The position numbers were made by a program, and so were the translations under genes. Of a stretch of 64,000 nucleotides of DNA, positions 1 through 11,346 are shown one piece after another. Below the pieces are notes generated by a model. The model made no database searches, was not told the origin of the DNA, and worked only from the letters and a program-made list of their open reading frames with translations. The DNA is from Phyllobates terribilis (taxonomy: Eukaryota): the NCBI RefSeq assembly GCF_046119375.1, contig NW_027362761.1, positions 305,536,001 to 305,600,000 of the forward strand. The letters run 5' to 3'. How positions within the stretch are numbered: the first letter of the stretch is position 1; the number at the start of each line of letters is the position of its first letter.

Positions 1-433
1 GAGGCCTACAACTCCGCCTGGCCAGGGGAGATCCCATCTGCTCAAGGACTGACCAGGCCCCAATCGCTAGCCAGTACTCCGGGAGGGTCTATCGTTGTCA
101 CCAGTAAAGACCCTGAACTACACCGTACCGTCTCCGAGTGGTTCCTGCTACCCCCATCATCCACGTCGGCTGCCCTGAGGCCATACCCCTCCCGTTGGGG
201 GTTATACTATCACGCTGCACAATCCTACCACCGGCCTCAGCGGTCTGCCCTGCAGCAGCAGCTCCTTAGCTGTACTCAACGGGTGGCGTAGTCGTCCAAC
301 ATCTACCGCTAATACAGCGCCACTTAGTCTGACTCCCTGGGCACGGACCGGATCACCGCCACGAGACTACAACCGGCTCCGGGTAAGCTCCCGCGTGCGC
401 AACGCAGCGCGACACAGGCCCAGGGACGCGTCA
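1..433 (+). mobile_element. 3' end of a Gypsy-type LTR (left-truncated by the window), abutting a Tc1 fragment
   Basis: Same layout as the end of the solo LTR at 39658-40935: GCCCTGAGGCC, GCAGCAGC, TGGCGTAGTCG (284-294), GGGTAAG, terminal GCGTCAC. Tc1 sequence starts directly afterwards. Confidence 0.5.
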
Positions 434-728
434 CTACCACGAGTGTGAAAGCACAACCAACATTCAAAAGTGACCAAGACATCAGCCAGAAAGCATTGGT
501 ACTGAGATGTGGTCTGTGGTCCCCACCTGCAGAACCACTCCTTTATTGACTGTGTCTTGATAATTGCCAATAACTTCCATCTATTGTCTATTCCATTTGC
601 ACAACAGCATGTGAAATTGATTGTCAATCACTGTTGCTTCCTAAGTGGACAGTTTGATTTCACAGAAGTTTGATTTACTTGGAGTTATATTCTGTTGTTT
701 AAGTGTTCCCTTTATTTTTTGAGCAGTG
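434..728 (-). mobile_element. Tc1 (DD34E family) terminal fragment
   Basis: Near-identical to 36775-37068. Ends AGTGTTCCCTTTATTTTTTGAGCAGTG followed by TA. Confidence 0.85.
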
Positions 729-847
729 TATGAACCCTTTGCACTATATTAGCTCATCATAATGCACAATTCCACCTGCTTTTCGAGGTAGAAATGGGCC
801 CTCTTACCTCTTGGGCCCCTGTGCAGCTGTACGGGTTGCACCAATTA

Positions 848-2800
848 TGTGAAGAAACGGCACCAGGGGGGCCCCGCAGAATCCCGCAGTCGCCGCTTCT
901 TCCAGTGGATCCACACCCCGCCACCCGCCTGACGTCACACTACGCCAGACGGAGCACGTGATACAGATCTACCCTTTGCACCAATGTGACGTTCCGCACC
1001 TCCTCAAGGACGAGTAAGGTTAGATCGGCACAGTACTACACCGTCAACTCCTGTCCACATGGGTGCAGAGAGGCACCAGGGAGTGGGACATGGTGGTCTA
1101 CTCAGACGCTGACATGGCCCCACACTCTCCCACACTCCTGCCAGGCTGAGAGGCTCTTTCACTACTCCAGTGAAGCAGAGCCTTGTCGGCCTGGATAGAG
1201 CTGCCCACAGTTTCTATTTGATATAACAGACTGATATCGGGCTAGAAACCAGCCCTGTGGCGTGTTCGTTGGACCGAACAACAGACATAGAGTTTGTGGA
1301 TCGAGATACAAGAACAGCCTAAGATTAAATTATATATTTAATCGCCATAAGGGCTCACTAAACAATCTACTATATACACAAGGTTATACATATACAGTGG
1401 TCAGAGTTACAAATATAAAAAGCATGGTACATCAAGCATAACAGATCTTAAAGTCAGTTACCAGTAGATGAAATCATGGCTCGGGGGATGGGCGGACACA
1501 TGGGGAAGGTTGTGGGCCCTGCTTGGTTGCTGGACTTCTCTCTCACTTCTTCATGTCACAAGCTTCCCCAGGAAAAGACAATAGGCTTTTGGCTACAGAG
1601 ACCTTCAAATTCTCTGGGAACTCCCACTCCCACCCCCTGACTCAACCCCAAGTCTCCACCCCTGTTCCTTCCTAGCTAAGAGACTCCAAGAACTAAAGTG
1701 GCCCATACTTCCTTATTGGAAGGTCCCAGGGAACCGGTTCTGGTGTCAACGGACCCGGCCGGGCCCCTGCTATGTGTGGAAACCAAACACACTGGTTTTA
1801 GGAGGTTCCAAAAGGCTGGGATGTGTATCTCCTCGTCCCTACACGCTAGATTGGGATAGCATGCAGTCTGGCATTCGCTATCTCCCGCTGAGCTAGAAAA
1901 TCCATTTTCGTACTTAAATTTTGGCAAAATATGCTTAGCAGTAAGGTACTGCTTCCAGTCTGCATATGTGACTTTAGAATTTAATTTATTTACAGCTATT
2001 ACTAGCCTTGAAATCTGTATACCGAACCAAAGTCACAGGACCATACAGATTAATACTCGGAAAATTATATCTGTTTGGCTGTATATGTGATACAACAATT
2101 TTCATTTCTGGAAATAAACAAGAATTTGTGGAACATAAAAGAACATCTTAAAGAGCATAATGGAAACATTTTATAAGTATATACCTGTATATCTGTATAA
2201 CCAATGTCAGCCCATAAGTGTGAATCTGGTATCACGGTCATCGGTTGGAGTTACTATTAGCTGATTTCATTAACAGGCAACATTAATAGGATCATCTCAT
2301 TAGTGCAGAGTTTCACTGCAGGATTATCTGTGATGCTGGATAATCTTAGCTATAGCTCTTTATTTCTAGGAGGCCAAGTTAGGCCACTGGACAGAGTACA
2401 AAAAAAAGCAAACTCCTCTATTTCACAGGGATGGGCAATGTAATGAGGAAAACAATTAGCAAGATGGACAAGCCTATGACATTGAGGATAGTTTACAGGA
2501 GAATCCAATAGTAAAACACATTAATAAAAACTAGATTTTTGTTATAATAGTATCTTATATTGATGTTCAGCACACCGATATGTATTCATACTATGGTAAA
2601 GCTTTTGGGTTCTATACAAATGACATGTTAGACAGGTTCTATTTATCTAGTAAGGTATTATACGTGTAGAAGGCGCTTATCAGGCTAACTACTACCAATG
2701 GCAGCGATAATTGTGGACAGGGAACCACTAATGTCCGTAGTAGATATACTACAATAAATATACTACAGGTTCTATTTATCTGTCTATTTATTTATCATGT
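848..2800 (-). mobile_element. Unclassified repeat, possibly an LTR/ERV-like remnant
   Basis: On the minus strand: ATTAAA near 1346-1351, a purine tract GGAAGGAACAGGGG followed by TG near 1658-1673, and short open frames upstream of it. No recognisable domain. Confidence 0.25.
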
Positions 2801-2826
2801 CTTCATAAAATATATATATATAAAAC

Positions 2827-4342
2827 TGACACAAGTTTTGCCATAGATTTACCAAAACATATTCAAGACACAGTTATATAATAAATATGGGCTTAAAGTG
2901 CAGACTCTCAGCTTTCATTTGAGGGTATTCACATCCTAATTGGAGTAAGGGTTTAGGAATTACAGCTCTTTAATATGAAGCTGCCTCTTTTTAAAGAGAC
3001 TAAAGGTAATTGGACAATTATCTCAAAGGCTCTTTAATGGGCTGCAGGGGTTATTCCCTGGTTAATCCATCATCAATTAATCAGGTAAAAGGTCTGGAGA
3101 TGATTCCAGGTGTTGCATTTGCGTTTGTGTTGCTGTGAACCCACAACATGTGGTCAAAGGCACTCTCAATGAAAGACAAACAGACCATTGTTAGGCTGAA
3201 AAAAAAAAGAAATCCATCATAGAGATAGAAGAAATGTTAGGAGTGGCCAAGTCAACAGTTTGGTGCATTCTGCAAAATGGACGTCCATGGAAGACAATAG
3301 TGGTAGATGATCGCAGAATTCTTTCCATGTTGAAGAAAAATCCCTTCACAACATTCACCCAAGTGAAGAAAACTTTCCAGAAAGTAGGTGTTTCAGTATT
3401 CAAGTCTACCATAATAGCAAATACAGAGGGTTCACCACAAGGTGTGAACCACTAATCAGCCTTAAAAGTAGAAAGGCCAGATTAGACTTTGCCAAAAAAA
3501 ACATCTAAAGAAGTCAGCCCAGTTCTGGAAAAGCATTCAATGGATAGATGAAACTAAGATCAACCTGTACCAGAATAATGGGAAGAAGAGCGTATGGAGA
3601 AGGTTTGGAACGGCTCATGATCCAAAACACACCACATCCCCTGTAAAACATGGTGGAGCCAGTGTGATGGAATGAGCATGCATAGCTTCCAATGGCACTG
3701 GTGTTTATTTGATGATGTGACTGAAGACAGAAGCAGCCGGATGAATACTGAAGTGTACAGGGCTATACTTTCTGCTCAGATTCAACCAAATGCAGCAAGG
3801 TTGATTGGACGGCGCTTCACAGTACAGATGGACAATGACCCAAAATATACTGCAGAAGCAATCCAGTAGTTTTTAAAGGCAAAGAAGTGGAATATTCTCC
3901 AATGGCTGAGTCAATCACCAGATCTCAACCCCATCGAGCTGCATTTCACATGCTTAAGACAAAACTTAAAGTCAGCTGCAGTAAAGGCCTGGCAAAGCAT
4001 CACAAAGGAGGAAGGCGTTTGGTGACGTCCATGACTTCCAAACTTCAGGCAGTCATTGCCTATAAAGGATTCTCTACAAAGTGTTAAAAATGAACATTTT
4101 ATTTATGGTAAGGGTAATTTGTCCAATTACTTTTGAGCCCCTGAAATGAGGAGGCTTCGTAGAAAAATGGTTGAAATTCCTAAATGTTTCACAGTATATT
4201 TTTGTTCAACCCCTTCAATTAAACCTGAAGGTCTACACTTCAATTGCATCCTCAGTTGTTTCATTTTAAATAAAATATAGTGGCATGTAGAGCCAAAATC
4301 ATGAAGCTTCAGTCACTGTCCAAATATTTCTAGACCTAACTG
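2827..4342 (+). mobile_element. Decayed Tc1 DD34E transposon
   Basis: Frameshifted transposase about 3148-4087 (GRPWKT, KHGGASV, MDNDPKYT...SQSPDLNPIE, 34 residues between D and E). The right terminus ...CAAATATTTCTAGACCTAACTG ends at 4342, then TA. The left TIR is eroded. Confidence 0.9.
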
Positions 4343-4786
4343 TATATCCATCAAAATTATGTTGTTCATCAGGAATCTAATTCATTGGTAAAAAAAACAT
4401 TTTCTTTCCTCCTTGTTGGTTCTACAGGCAATGATAAATCAGCTCCCAAGTGAGAGGACCTGCCAAAGAGCAGTCAAGATCCTAGATTCAAAAAGTAACT
4501 ACATTTTAATTAAAAAAATAAATCAACAGTTCAAGCGAAGAGAAGAAACTTTGTAATATATTGTATTAGGGAAAACTTAATCTATCCCCAAATATTAGTC
4601 ACTTCTCTCCCCCACCCGCATCGCCTGTAATATTCATTCACTTTCACATACTGCTCAAATCGGTCTTCAGATCTGTCTTCGCTGATGGATTTATTACGCC
4701 TACAGAGGAGAAAAATCATATAACGGCCAGAAATAGTTCATCGTGTATGCACAACTTATTATGAAAAGTCACCAGTAGGGGCACTC

Positions 4787-4975
4787 TTAACCCCTTAAGG
4801 ACAGGGCGATTTTACATTTTTGAGTTTTCCGGTTTTCCTCCCCTTCTTCAAGAGTCATAACTTTTTTATTTTTCAGCCAACATAGCCATATGAGGACTTG
4901 CTTCTTGCTGAACGTATTGTAGTTTTGAATGACACCATTCATTTTACCATACAATGTAATGAATGAATAAATAAA
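4787..4975. mobile_element. Left-end fragment of a non-autonomous TTAA (piggyBac-like) element
   Basis: TTAACCCCTTAAGGAC terminus, of the same type as the ends at 43851 and 55122. Confidence 0.45.
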
Positions 4976-5050
4976 TACACCTACATTATATATCACATTG
5001 ATTAGGCCATAGAGTATATAAAATACAAATGCCAAGAAAGAACAACCTAC

Positions 5051-5987
5051 TGTAGCGTCGGCGTCCCTGCCTCCTGCTAGGCAGGGACGCTGTTCCCCTC
5101 ACCTCTCCACTCCGTGCCCGGCGTCTTCCTCCCGCTCTGCTGGCAGCGCGCGCTGCTTCCCGGCCACTGTGCTTAGGGCGTACTTGCATTCCTGCGGTCC
5201 GACAGTCTGCCTACCAGCCCTGCCAGTCTGTCTATGGATCTGATTGCCCGCTCACCTAGGAGCGCTCATCTGCTACCTGCCTGCTAGCCTACCTGGAGGC
5301 TCTGCCGTCACGTGCTGTGACCACCAGCCTGTCCAGAGACTCTTACAAGCTCACCTGGGAGCGCTCATCTGCTACCTGCCTGCTAGCCTACCTGGAGGCT
5401 CTGCCGTCACGTGCTGTGACCACCTGCCTGTCCAGAGACTCTTACCCGCTCACCTGGGAGCGTCCGCCTGCTACCTGCCTGCTAGCCTACCTGGAGGCTC
5501 TGCCGTCACGTGCTGTGACCACCTGCCTGTCCAGAGACTCTTGCCCGCTCACCTGGGAGCGTCCACCTGCTACCTGCCTGTTAGCCTACCTGGAGGCTTA
5601 GCCATCACTTGCTGTGACCACCTGCCTGTCCAGAGACTCTTGCCCGCTCACCTGGGAGCGTCCACCTGCTACCCGCCTGCTAGCCTATCTGGAGGCTTAG
5701 CCGTCACTTGCCGTGACCACCCGCCTGTCAAAAGACTGTTCCCGTCACTTGCCGTGACCTCCTGCCCTTCTACCCAGAGACTGTCCCCGTCACTTGCCGT
5801 GACCTCCTGCCCTTCTACCCAGAGACTGTCCCCGTCACTTGCCGTGACCTCCTGCCCTTCTACCCAGAGACTGTCCCCGTCACTTGCCGTGACTACCTGC
5901 CCCCCTACCCTGGGAGCCACCCGCTTCCTTACAAGGACTGCCCCTTTGTATCGTTGCTCAGAGGTTCCACCTCCCAGACCCGTTACA
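5051..5987 (+). repeat. 5' LTR (TGTAGCG...CGTTACA) with an internal 228-bp deletion
   Basis: Matches 10176-10306, then jumps at 5180/5181 to the equivalent of 10535, so the TATA and cap region are missing. Perfect 12-bp hairpin at 5061-5090. Confidence 0.92.
5248..5900 (+). repeat. LTR-internal tandem arrays: about 5 x 99 bp followed by about 3.5 x 45 bp
   Basis: Seen as a 33-aa periodicity (AHLGALICYLP...) and a 15-aa periodicity (SPSLAVTSCPSTQRL) in ORF 5244..6047. The 99-bp units recur at 10601, 10700, 10789, 10888 and 10987. Confidence 0.9.
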
Positions 5988-5997
5988 GGCTCAGGCC

Positions 5998-6948
5998 ATG
6001 GAACCCGGTGGCACCCAAGCTCCCTCGCTCTCGGACCTATGTCATGAACTGTCCCGTCAGAGGTCCCAACAGGAGTCCATCCTGAGTCATCTGCGGAATG
6101 TCAACTCTAGCCTGGACACTCTGACTGCTCCACCAGCAACCACCGCTAGTGTCATGACTCGCAGCCCGGCAGCGCCGCTGCCCACCAATACCATGGCATC
6201 CTGCCCCGGACCCCAGCTTTCTGCACCTCCTCGCTTCGGAGGCGACCCCGCTCAAGCTCGGGGCTTCATAAACCAGTGCACCCTGCAGTTTGAACTCCTG
6301 TCCCACCAGTTTATCTCCGACCGGGCCAAAGTAGCCTTCATCATGTCCCATCTCACGGGGGAGGCACTGGCTTGGCTAAATCCTCTATGGGAGAGAGGAG
6401 ACCCCCTGGTGTCCAACCTGCCAGCCTTTCTCACGGCTTTCCGGAAAGTCTTCGACGAACCCGGACGGAAGACCTCATCAGCATCATCTCTGCTACGCCT
6501 CCATCAAGGAAATCTCACCGTGGGCCAATATGCCATACGGTTCCGTACCCTTGCTTCGGAGCTGGCCTGGGATAACGACGCCCTGATGTCTGTCTTTTGG
6601 GAGGGTCTGTCCGGCCGTATTAAAGATGAACTCGCCGGTCGGGACATTCCTACCACTCTCGACGACTTAATAACTCTTGCCACCCGGATTGACATCCGGT
6701 TCCAGGAACGCGCCAAAGAGGTCACCCATGAGAGGAGGTTTCCACGTCTAGCCCCTACCTTTCTGAAATCCGTCACTTCTCCAGCTACTCCCCAGGCGCA
6801 CTCACCCGAGCCTATGCAGGTCGACCAGACCAAGATGGTCAAGACCAGTCAAGAGTTACGCCGAGCCGAGGGGAGCTGCTTCTACTGTGGCAGTAAGGAG
6901 CACCGGATCCGTTCCTGCCCGGAGAGGTCGGGAAACGCCTGTGTCTAG
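5998..6948 (+). CDS. gag: Retrotransposon Gag (316 aa, PEG10/sushi-like capsid plus CCHC zinc knuckle)
   Basis: ATG 10 nt after the LTR; uninterrupted ORF; PPRFGGDP...RGFINQC, AKVAFIMSHLTGEALAW, LHQGNLTVGQYAIRF and CFYCGSKEHRIRSC. Confidence 0.93.
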   Translation: MEPGGTQAPSLSDLCHELSRQRSQQESILSHLRNVNSSLDTLTAPPATTASVMTRSPAAPLPTNTMASCPGPQLSAPPRFGGDPAQARGFINQCTLQFELLSHQFISDRAKVAFIMSHLTGEALAWLNPLWERGDPLVSNLPAFLTAFRKVFDEPGRKTSSASSLLRLHQGNLTVGQYAIRFRTLASELAWDNDALMSVFWEGLSGRIKDELAGRDIPTTLDDLITLATRIDIRFQERAKEVTHERRFPRLAPTFLKSVTSPATPQAHSPEPMQVDQTKMVKTSQELRRAEGSCFYCGSKEHRIRSCPERSGNACV

Positions 6949-6990
6949 GATCGCTCAGAGAGGTCGTCCTAGACAAGAGTAATCCCTCTC
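6930..6990 (+). promoter_or_regulatory. -1 programmed ribosomal frameshift signal (G GGA AAC plus H-type pseudoknot)
   Basis: Heptamer at 6930-6936 in X XXY YYZ phase with gag; the -1 frame is open into pol. Stem 1 is TGTCTAGGA 6942-6950 / TCCTAGACA 6967-6975; stem 2 is GAGAGG 6958-6963 / CCTCTC 6985-6990. Confidence 0.85.
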
Positions 6991-9900
6991 CATCTCTGTT
7001 GCTGTCGGTCTCTATCATCTGCGGGGAGAACCGTTATTTTGAACTAGCCCAACTTGACTCTGCCGGAAATCTTATTTCTCAGTCCCTGGTAGAGAAATAC
7101 CGCATTCCCACCAAACCTCTAGCTGTACCCTTGTCTGTCGCTGCCGTAGATGGGGGCCTCTTACCACATCCCATCCAACTCATCACCGAATCCATAACCC
7201 TGCAGGTGGGAATGCTGCACTCAGAGAGCATCTTCTTTCATGTTCTGCCTGGACTCTCTCACGCCCTCTTGCTAGGCCTACCTTGGCTTCAGAAACATGC
7301 ACCCGTGCTTGATTGGCAGACCGGAGAAGTCCTTCGCTGGGGACAGGACTGCCATAAGACTTGTTTAGTTCCCGTCCATCCTGTCCATCCTTCTCCTACC
7401 CCAGCCAATCTACCTGGTCTTCCGGTTCCCTATTGGTCTTATGCGGACGTCTTTAATAAAAAGGAGGCAGAGACATTACCCCCTCATAGACCATACGACT
7501 GCCCAATCGACCTGATGCCCGGCGCTACTCCTCCCCGTGGGCGTATTTACCCTTTGTCCGCTGCTGAGACCCGGTCCATGTCTGAATATATTAAGGAGAA
7601 TCTGGCCCGGGGATTTATCCGGAAATGGACCTCCCCAGCGGGAGCAGGCTTCTTCTTCGTCAAAAAGAAGGACGGCTCACTCCGTCCCTGTATAGACTAT
7701 AGAGGCCTTAACCAGATCACGGTGAAGAATAAATACCCCCTTCCGCTCATTCCGGAATTATTTGACCGTCTGAGGGGGGCTAGAATCTTCACCAAGCTGG
7801 ACCTCCGTGGGGCGTATAACCTGGTCCGTATCCGTCAGGGGGATGAATGGAAGACGGCATTCAACACCCGGGACGGCCACTATGAATACCTGGTAATGCC
7901 CTTCGGTCTCTGTAACGCTCCCGCCGTCTTTCAAGAGTTGGTCAATGACATCTTCCGTGACCTTCTCTACTCCTGCGTGGTGGTGTACCTGGACGACATC
8001 TTGGTCTTCTCTCCGGATCTTCTCACTCACCGGAGGGACGTTCGTCAGGTCCTGCTTAGGCTCAGGCAGAACCACCTCTACGCTAAATATGAGAAGTGCC
8101 TCTTTGAGCAGACCTCGCTTCCGTTTCTGGGCTACATAATCTCTCAGACCGGCCTACGAATGGATCCTGAGAAACTGTCTGCCATCCAGAAGTGGCCTCG
8201 ACCAGAGGGGTTGAAGGCTATTCAGCGGTTCCTGGGCTTCGCCAACTACTACCGCCTCTTCATACCGCACTTCTCTTCCCGGACTGCCCCAATCTCTGCG
8301 CTCACCCGTAAGGGCACTAATCCCAGAGAATGGCCGCCCGAAGCAGAGGAAGCCTTTCTTTCCTTAAAACAGGCTTTCTCTTCCGCCCCGGTGCTGTATT
8401 GTCCGGACGGCAACAAACAATTCTTCCTGGAAGTGGACGCCTCCTCCTCTGGAGCCGGAGCGGTACTTACCAAAAAGTCGTCTTCCGGAAGAATGGTAAC
8501 TTGCGGCTTCTTCTCCAAACTCTTCTCCCCTTCTGAGCGCAATTATTCTATAGGAGACCGAGAGTTATTGGCCATTAAGCTGGCACTGGAGGAGTGGCAT
8601 TACCTGCTCGAGGGGGCTCTTCACCCGGTAATTATTTACACGGACCACAAGAACTTGGCTTACCTCCAGAGCGCCCAGAGACTTAACCCGCGCCAAGCCC
8701 GGTGGTCCTTGTTTTTTGCCCGCTTTGATTTCGTTCTTCATTTTCGCCCGGCAGACAAAAACATCAAAGCTGACGCCTTGTCCCGATCCTTCCTGGTGTC
8801 TGATCTAGAGGAGGAGCCTAAGCACATCATTGATCCCGCCAGAGTAATGCAGGTGGCCCCCGTGAATCTAAATCGTCTCCCTCCCGGTAAGACGTTCGTA
8901 ACAGTACCTGATCGGAAGAAGATCCTACACTGGGGTCACTCGTCTAAGCTAGCTGGCCACGCCGGTCAGAAAAAGACCCTCCAGCTTATTTCCCGGCATT
9001 ACTGGTGGCCTACCCTGCACAAGGACATAATAGATTTTGTTTCAGCCTGTGTGTCCTGCGCCCGCAACAAGGTTCCGAGACATCTGCCAGCCGGTCGCCT
9101 CCTTCCTCTTCCAGTACCTGCTGCCCCGTGGCAGCATATAGCTATGGACTTTATAACGGATCTTCCTGTCTCTGCCGGTTGTACGGTTATTTGGGTGGTC
9201 GCTGACCGCTTTTACAAGATGGCTCACTTCATTCCCCTGCCGGGCCTCCCGTCAGCACTTTATCCGCCACATCTTCCGTCTCCATGGCCTGCCCCTCCAC
9301 ATCGTGTCGGATCGTGGGGTTCAGTTCACCTCACGCTTCTGGAGAGCCACATGTAAGCTGCTGGACGTCATCCTGGACTTCTCCTCCGCCTACCACCCAC
9401 AGTCCAATGGTCAAGTGGAGCGGATCAATCAGATCCTGACCAGTTACCTCCGGCACTTCATTAATGCCCACTATTCGGACTGGGTGGATCTCCTACCATG
9501 GGCCGAGTTCTCTTACAATAATCGCGAGAGCGAATCTTCCTCCAAATCCCCGTTTTTTATAGTCTTCGGTCAGCATCCTCGGATCCCATTTCCCGTCTCC
9601 ACCTCGGTGGACAATCCGGCTGCGGAATCTCTCGTTAGCGAATTCTCCTCCATTTGGGAGAGTACCCGATCTGCACTCCTTCAGTCGTCCGAGCGGATGA
9701 AAAGACACGCTGACAAAAAAAGCCTGGATCCTCCACAATTCCGTCCTGGAGATAAAGTCTGGCTCTCGTCCAAGTATGTCCGGCTCAAGATTCCTTCCTA
9801 CAAATTAGGGCCTCGGTTCATCGGCCCACTGGAAGTTATCAAACAAATCAACCCAGTGGCCTATAAATTGAAACTCCCAGCCAACTTGCGGATCCCTAAC

Positions 9901-10302
9901 TCCTTCCATGTATCTCTCCTCAAACCCGTGGTACTTAACTCTTTTTCCAAGTCTACAGGTACGCCTCCTGCTCCGGTTTCCTCTGTAAACGAGTTTGAGG
10001 TAGAGAACATTCTGGCCACCAAAAGGGTAAGAGGAAAGACCTTTTTTCTAGTGGATTGGAAGGGGTTTGGTCCTGAGGAGAAAACGTGGGAGCCCCGGGA
10101 GAACATCCATGCCCCTCTCATCCTTGATAAATTTCTGTCTGGCCTAAAAAAGGGGGGGCCTAAAGGGGGGGGTACTGTAGCGTCGGCGTCCCTGCCTCCT
10201 GCTAGGCAGGGGACGCTGTTCCCCTCACCTCTCCGCTCCGTGCCAGGCGTCTTCTTCCCGCTCTGTTGGCAGAGCGCGCTGCTTTCCGGCCACTGTGCTT
10301 AG
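6930..10302 (+). pseudogene. pol: Pol polyprotein (protease, RT, RNase H, integrase, chromodomain), frameshifted in integrase
   Basis: RT motifs LRPCIDYRGLN, YLVMPFGL and YLDD; RNase H EVDASS, YTDHKN and ADALSR; IN HHCC, SDRG and HPQSNGQVER; chromodomain FLVDWKGFGPEEKTWEP. A deletion at about 9257/9258 shifts the frame (ORFs 6999..9356 and 9304..10302). The protease site reads DSAGN rather than DSG. Confidence 0.93.
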
Positions 10303-11043
10303 GGCGCGCGCGCGCTCCCCCTCTCTTAAAGGGGCCGCGCGCGCCGTCCTAAGGAGTCCCTGGCCAATGGCCGGAGGACCTCACCATATATAAGGCACCT
10401 CCTCCAAAATGGAGGTGCCCGAGCAATGTTGTTGCATAGCCTATCACTCTGCTTCAGCCCTCAGGTCCCGTTACCAGATACCTGCCAGTTACCTGCCAGA
10501 TTCCTGCTTGATACCTGCCTGATACTTGTCTATCTACTTGCATTCCTGCGGTCTGACAGTCTGCCTACCAGCCCTGCCAGTCTGTCTATGGATCTGATTG
10601 CCCGCTCACCTAGGAGCGCTCATCTGCTACCTGCCTGCTAGCCTACCTGGAGGCTCTGCCGTCACGTGCTGTGACCACCTGCCTGTCCAGAGACTCTTAC
10701 CCGCTCACCTGGGAGCGCTCATCTGCTACCTGCCTGCTAGCCTACCTGGAGGCTCTGCCGTCACCACCTGCCTGTCCAGAGACTCTTACCCGCTCACCTG
10801 GGAGCGTCCGCCTGCTACCTGCCTGCTAGCCTACCTGGAGGCTCTGCCGTCACGTGCTGTGACCACCTGCCTGTCCAGAGACTCTTACCCGCTCACCTGG
10901 GAGCGTCCACCTGCTACCTCCCTGCTAGCCTACCTGGAGGCTTAGCCATCACTTGCTGTGACCACCTGCCTGTCCAGAGACTCTTGCCCGCTCACCTGGG
11001 AGCGTCCACCTGCTACCCGCCTGCTAGCCTATCTGGAGACTTA
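10176..11043 (+). repeat. 3' LTR, right-truncated at a MITE insertion
   Basis: Follows the PPT; TATATAA at 10387-10393; five 99-bp units (one with a 10-bp deletion). Homology to the 5' LTR stops at TTA 11041-11043. Confidence 0.92.
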
Positions 11044-11346
11044 GGCTGTGTGCCCACGTGGCGTTTTTCAAGCGTTTATGCTGCGGAATTTCCGCAGCGG
11101 AAACGCTTGTAAAACGCTAGGTAATCCACACCCCATGGTCCCCAAGGGGATTCCGCATGTTCTATGCACATGCTGCGGATTTTTCCGCAGCGTTTATGCT
11201 GCGTACAAAAATCCGCAGCATGTCATTTAATTTTGCGGAAGTGCAGCGGAACTCCCGCCATTGACTTGCATTGAGACGCACAGAAACCGCGACTGTACAT
11301 TTTTACAAGCGGCTTCTATGCGTCTCTATGTGCGGATGGTACCCAG
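11044..11346. mobile_element. Partial PIF/Harbinger-type MITE
   Basis: Starts GGCTGTGTGCCCACG after TTA, the same terminus as 42747-43590 and 63294-63691. Confidence 0.7.

Larger units (their letters stand above)
5051..11043 (+). mobile_element. Ty3/Gypsy LTR retrotransposon, chromovirus of the Tf1/sushi group
   Basis: Two LTRs starting TGTAGCG (5051 and 10176); gag with CCHC knuckle; pol in the order PR-RT-RH-IN-chromodomain; PPT AAAGGGGGGGG at 10162-10172. Confidence 0.97.

Noticed and set aside
5244-6047. 267-aa repetitive ORF through the LTR arrays
   Set aside because: It exists because the unit lengths are multiples of 3 and lack stops. It has no ATG start, a second frame is also open, and the 3' LTR copy has a 10-bp frameshifting deletion.
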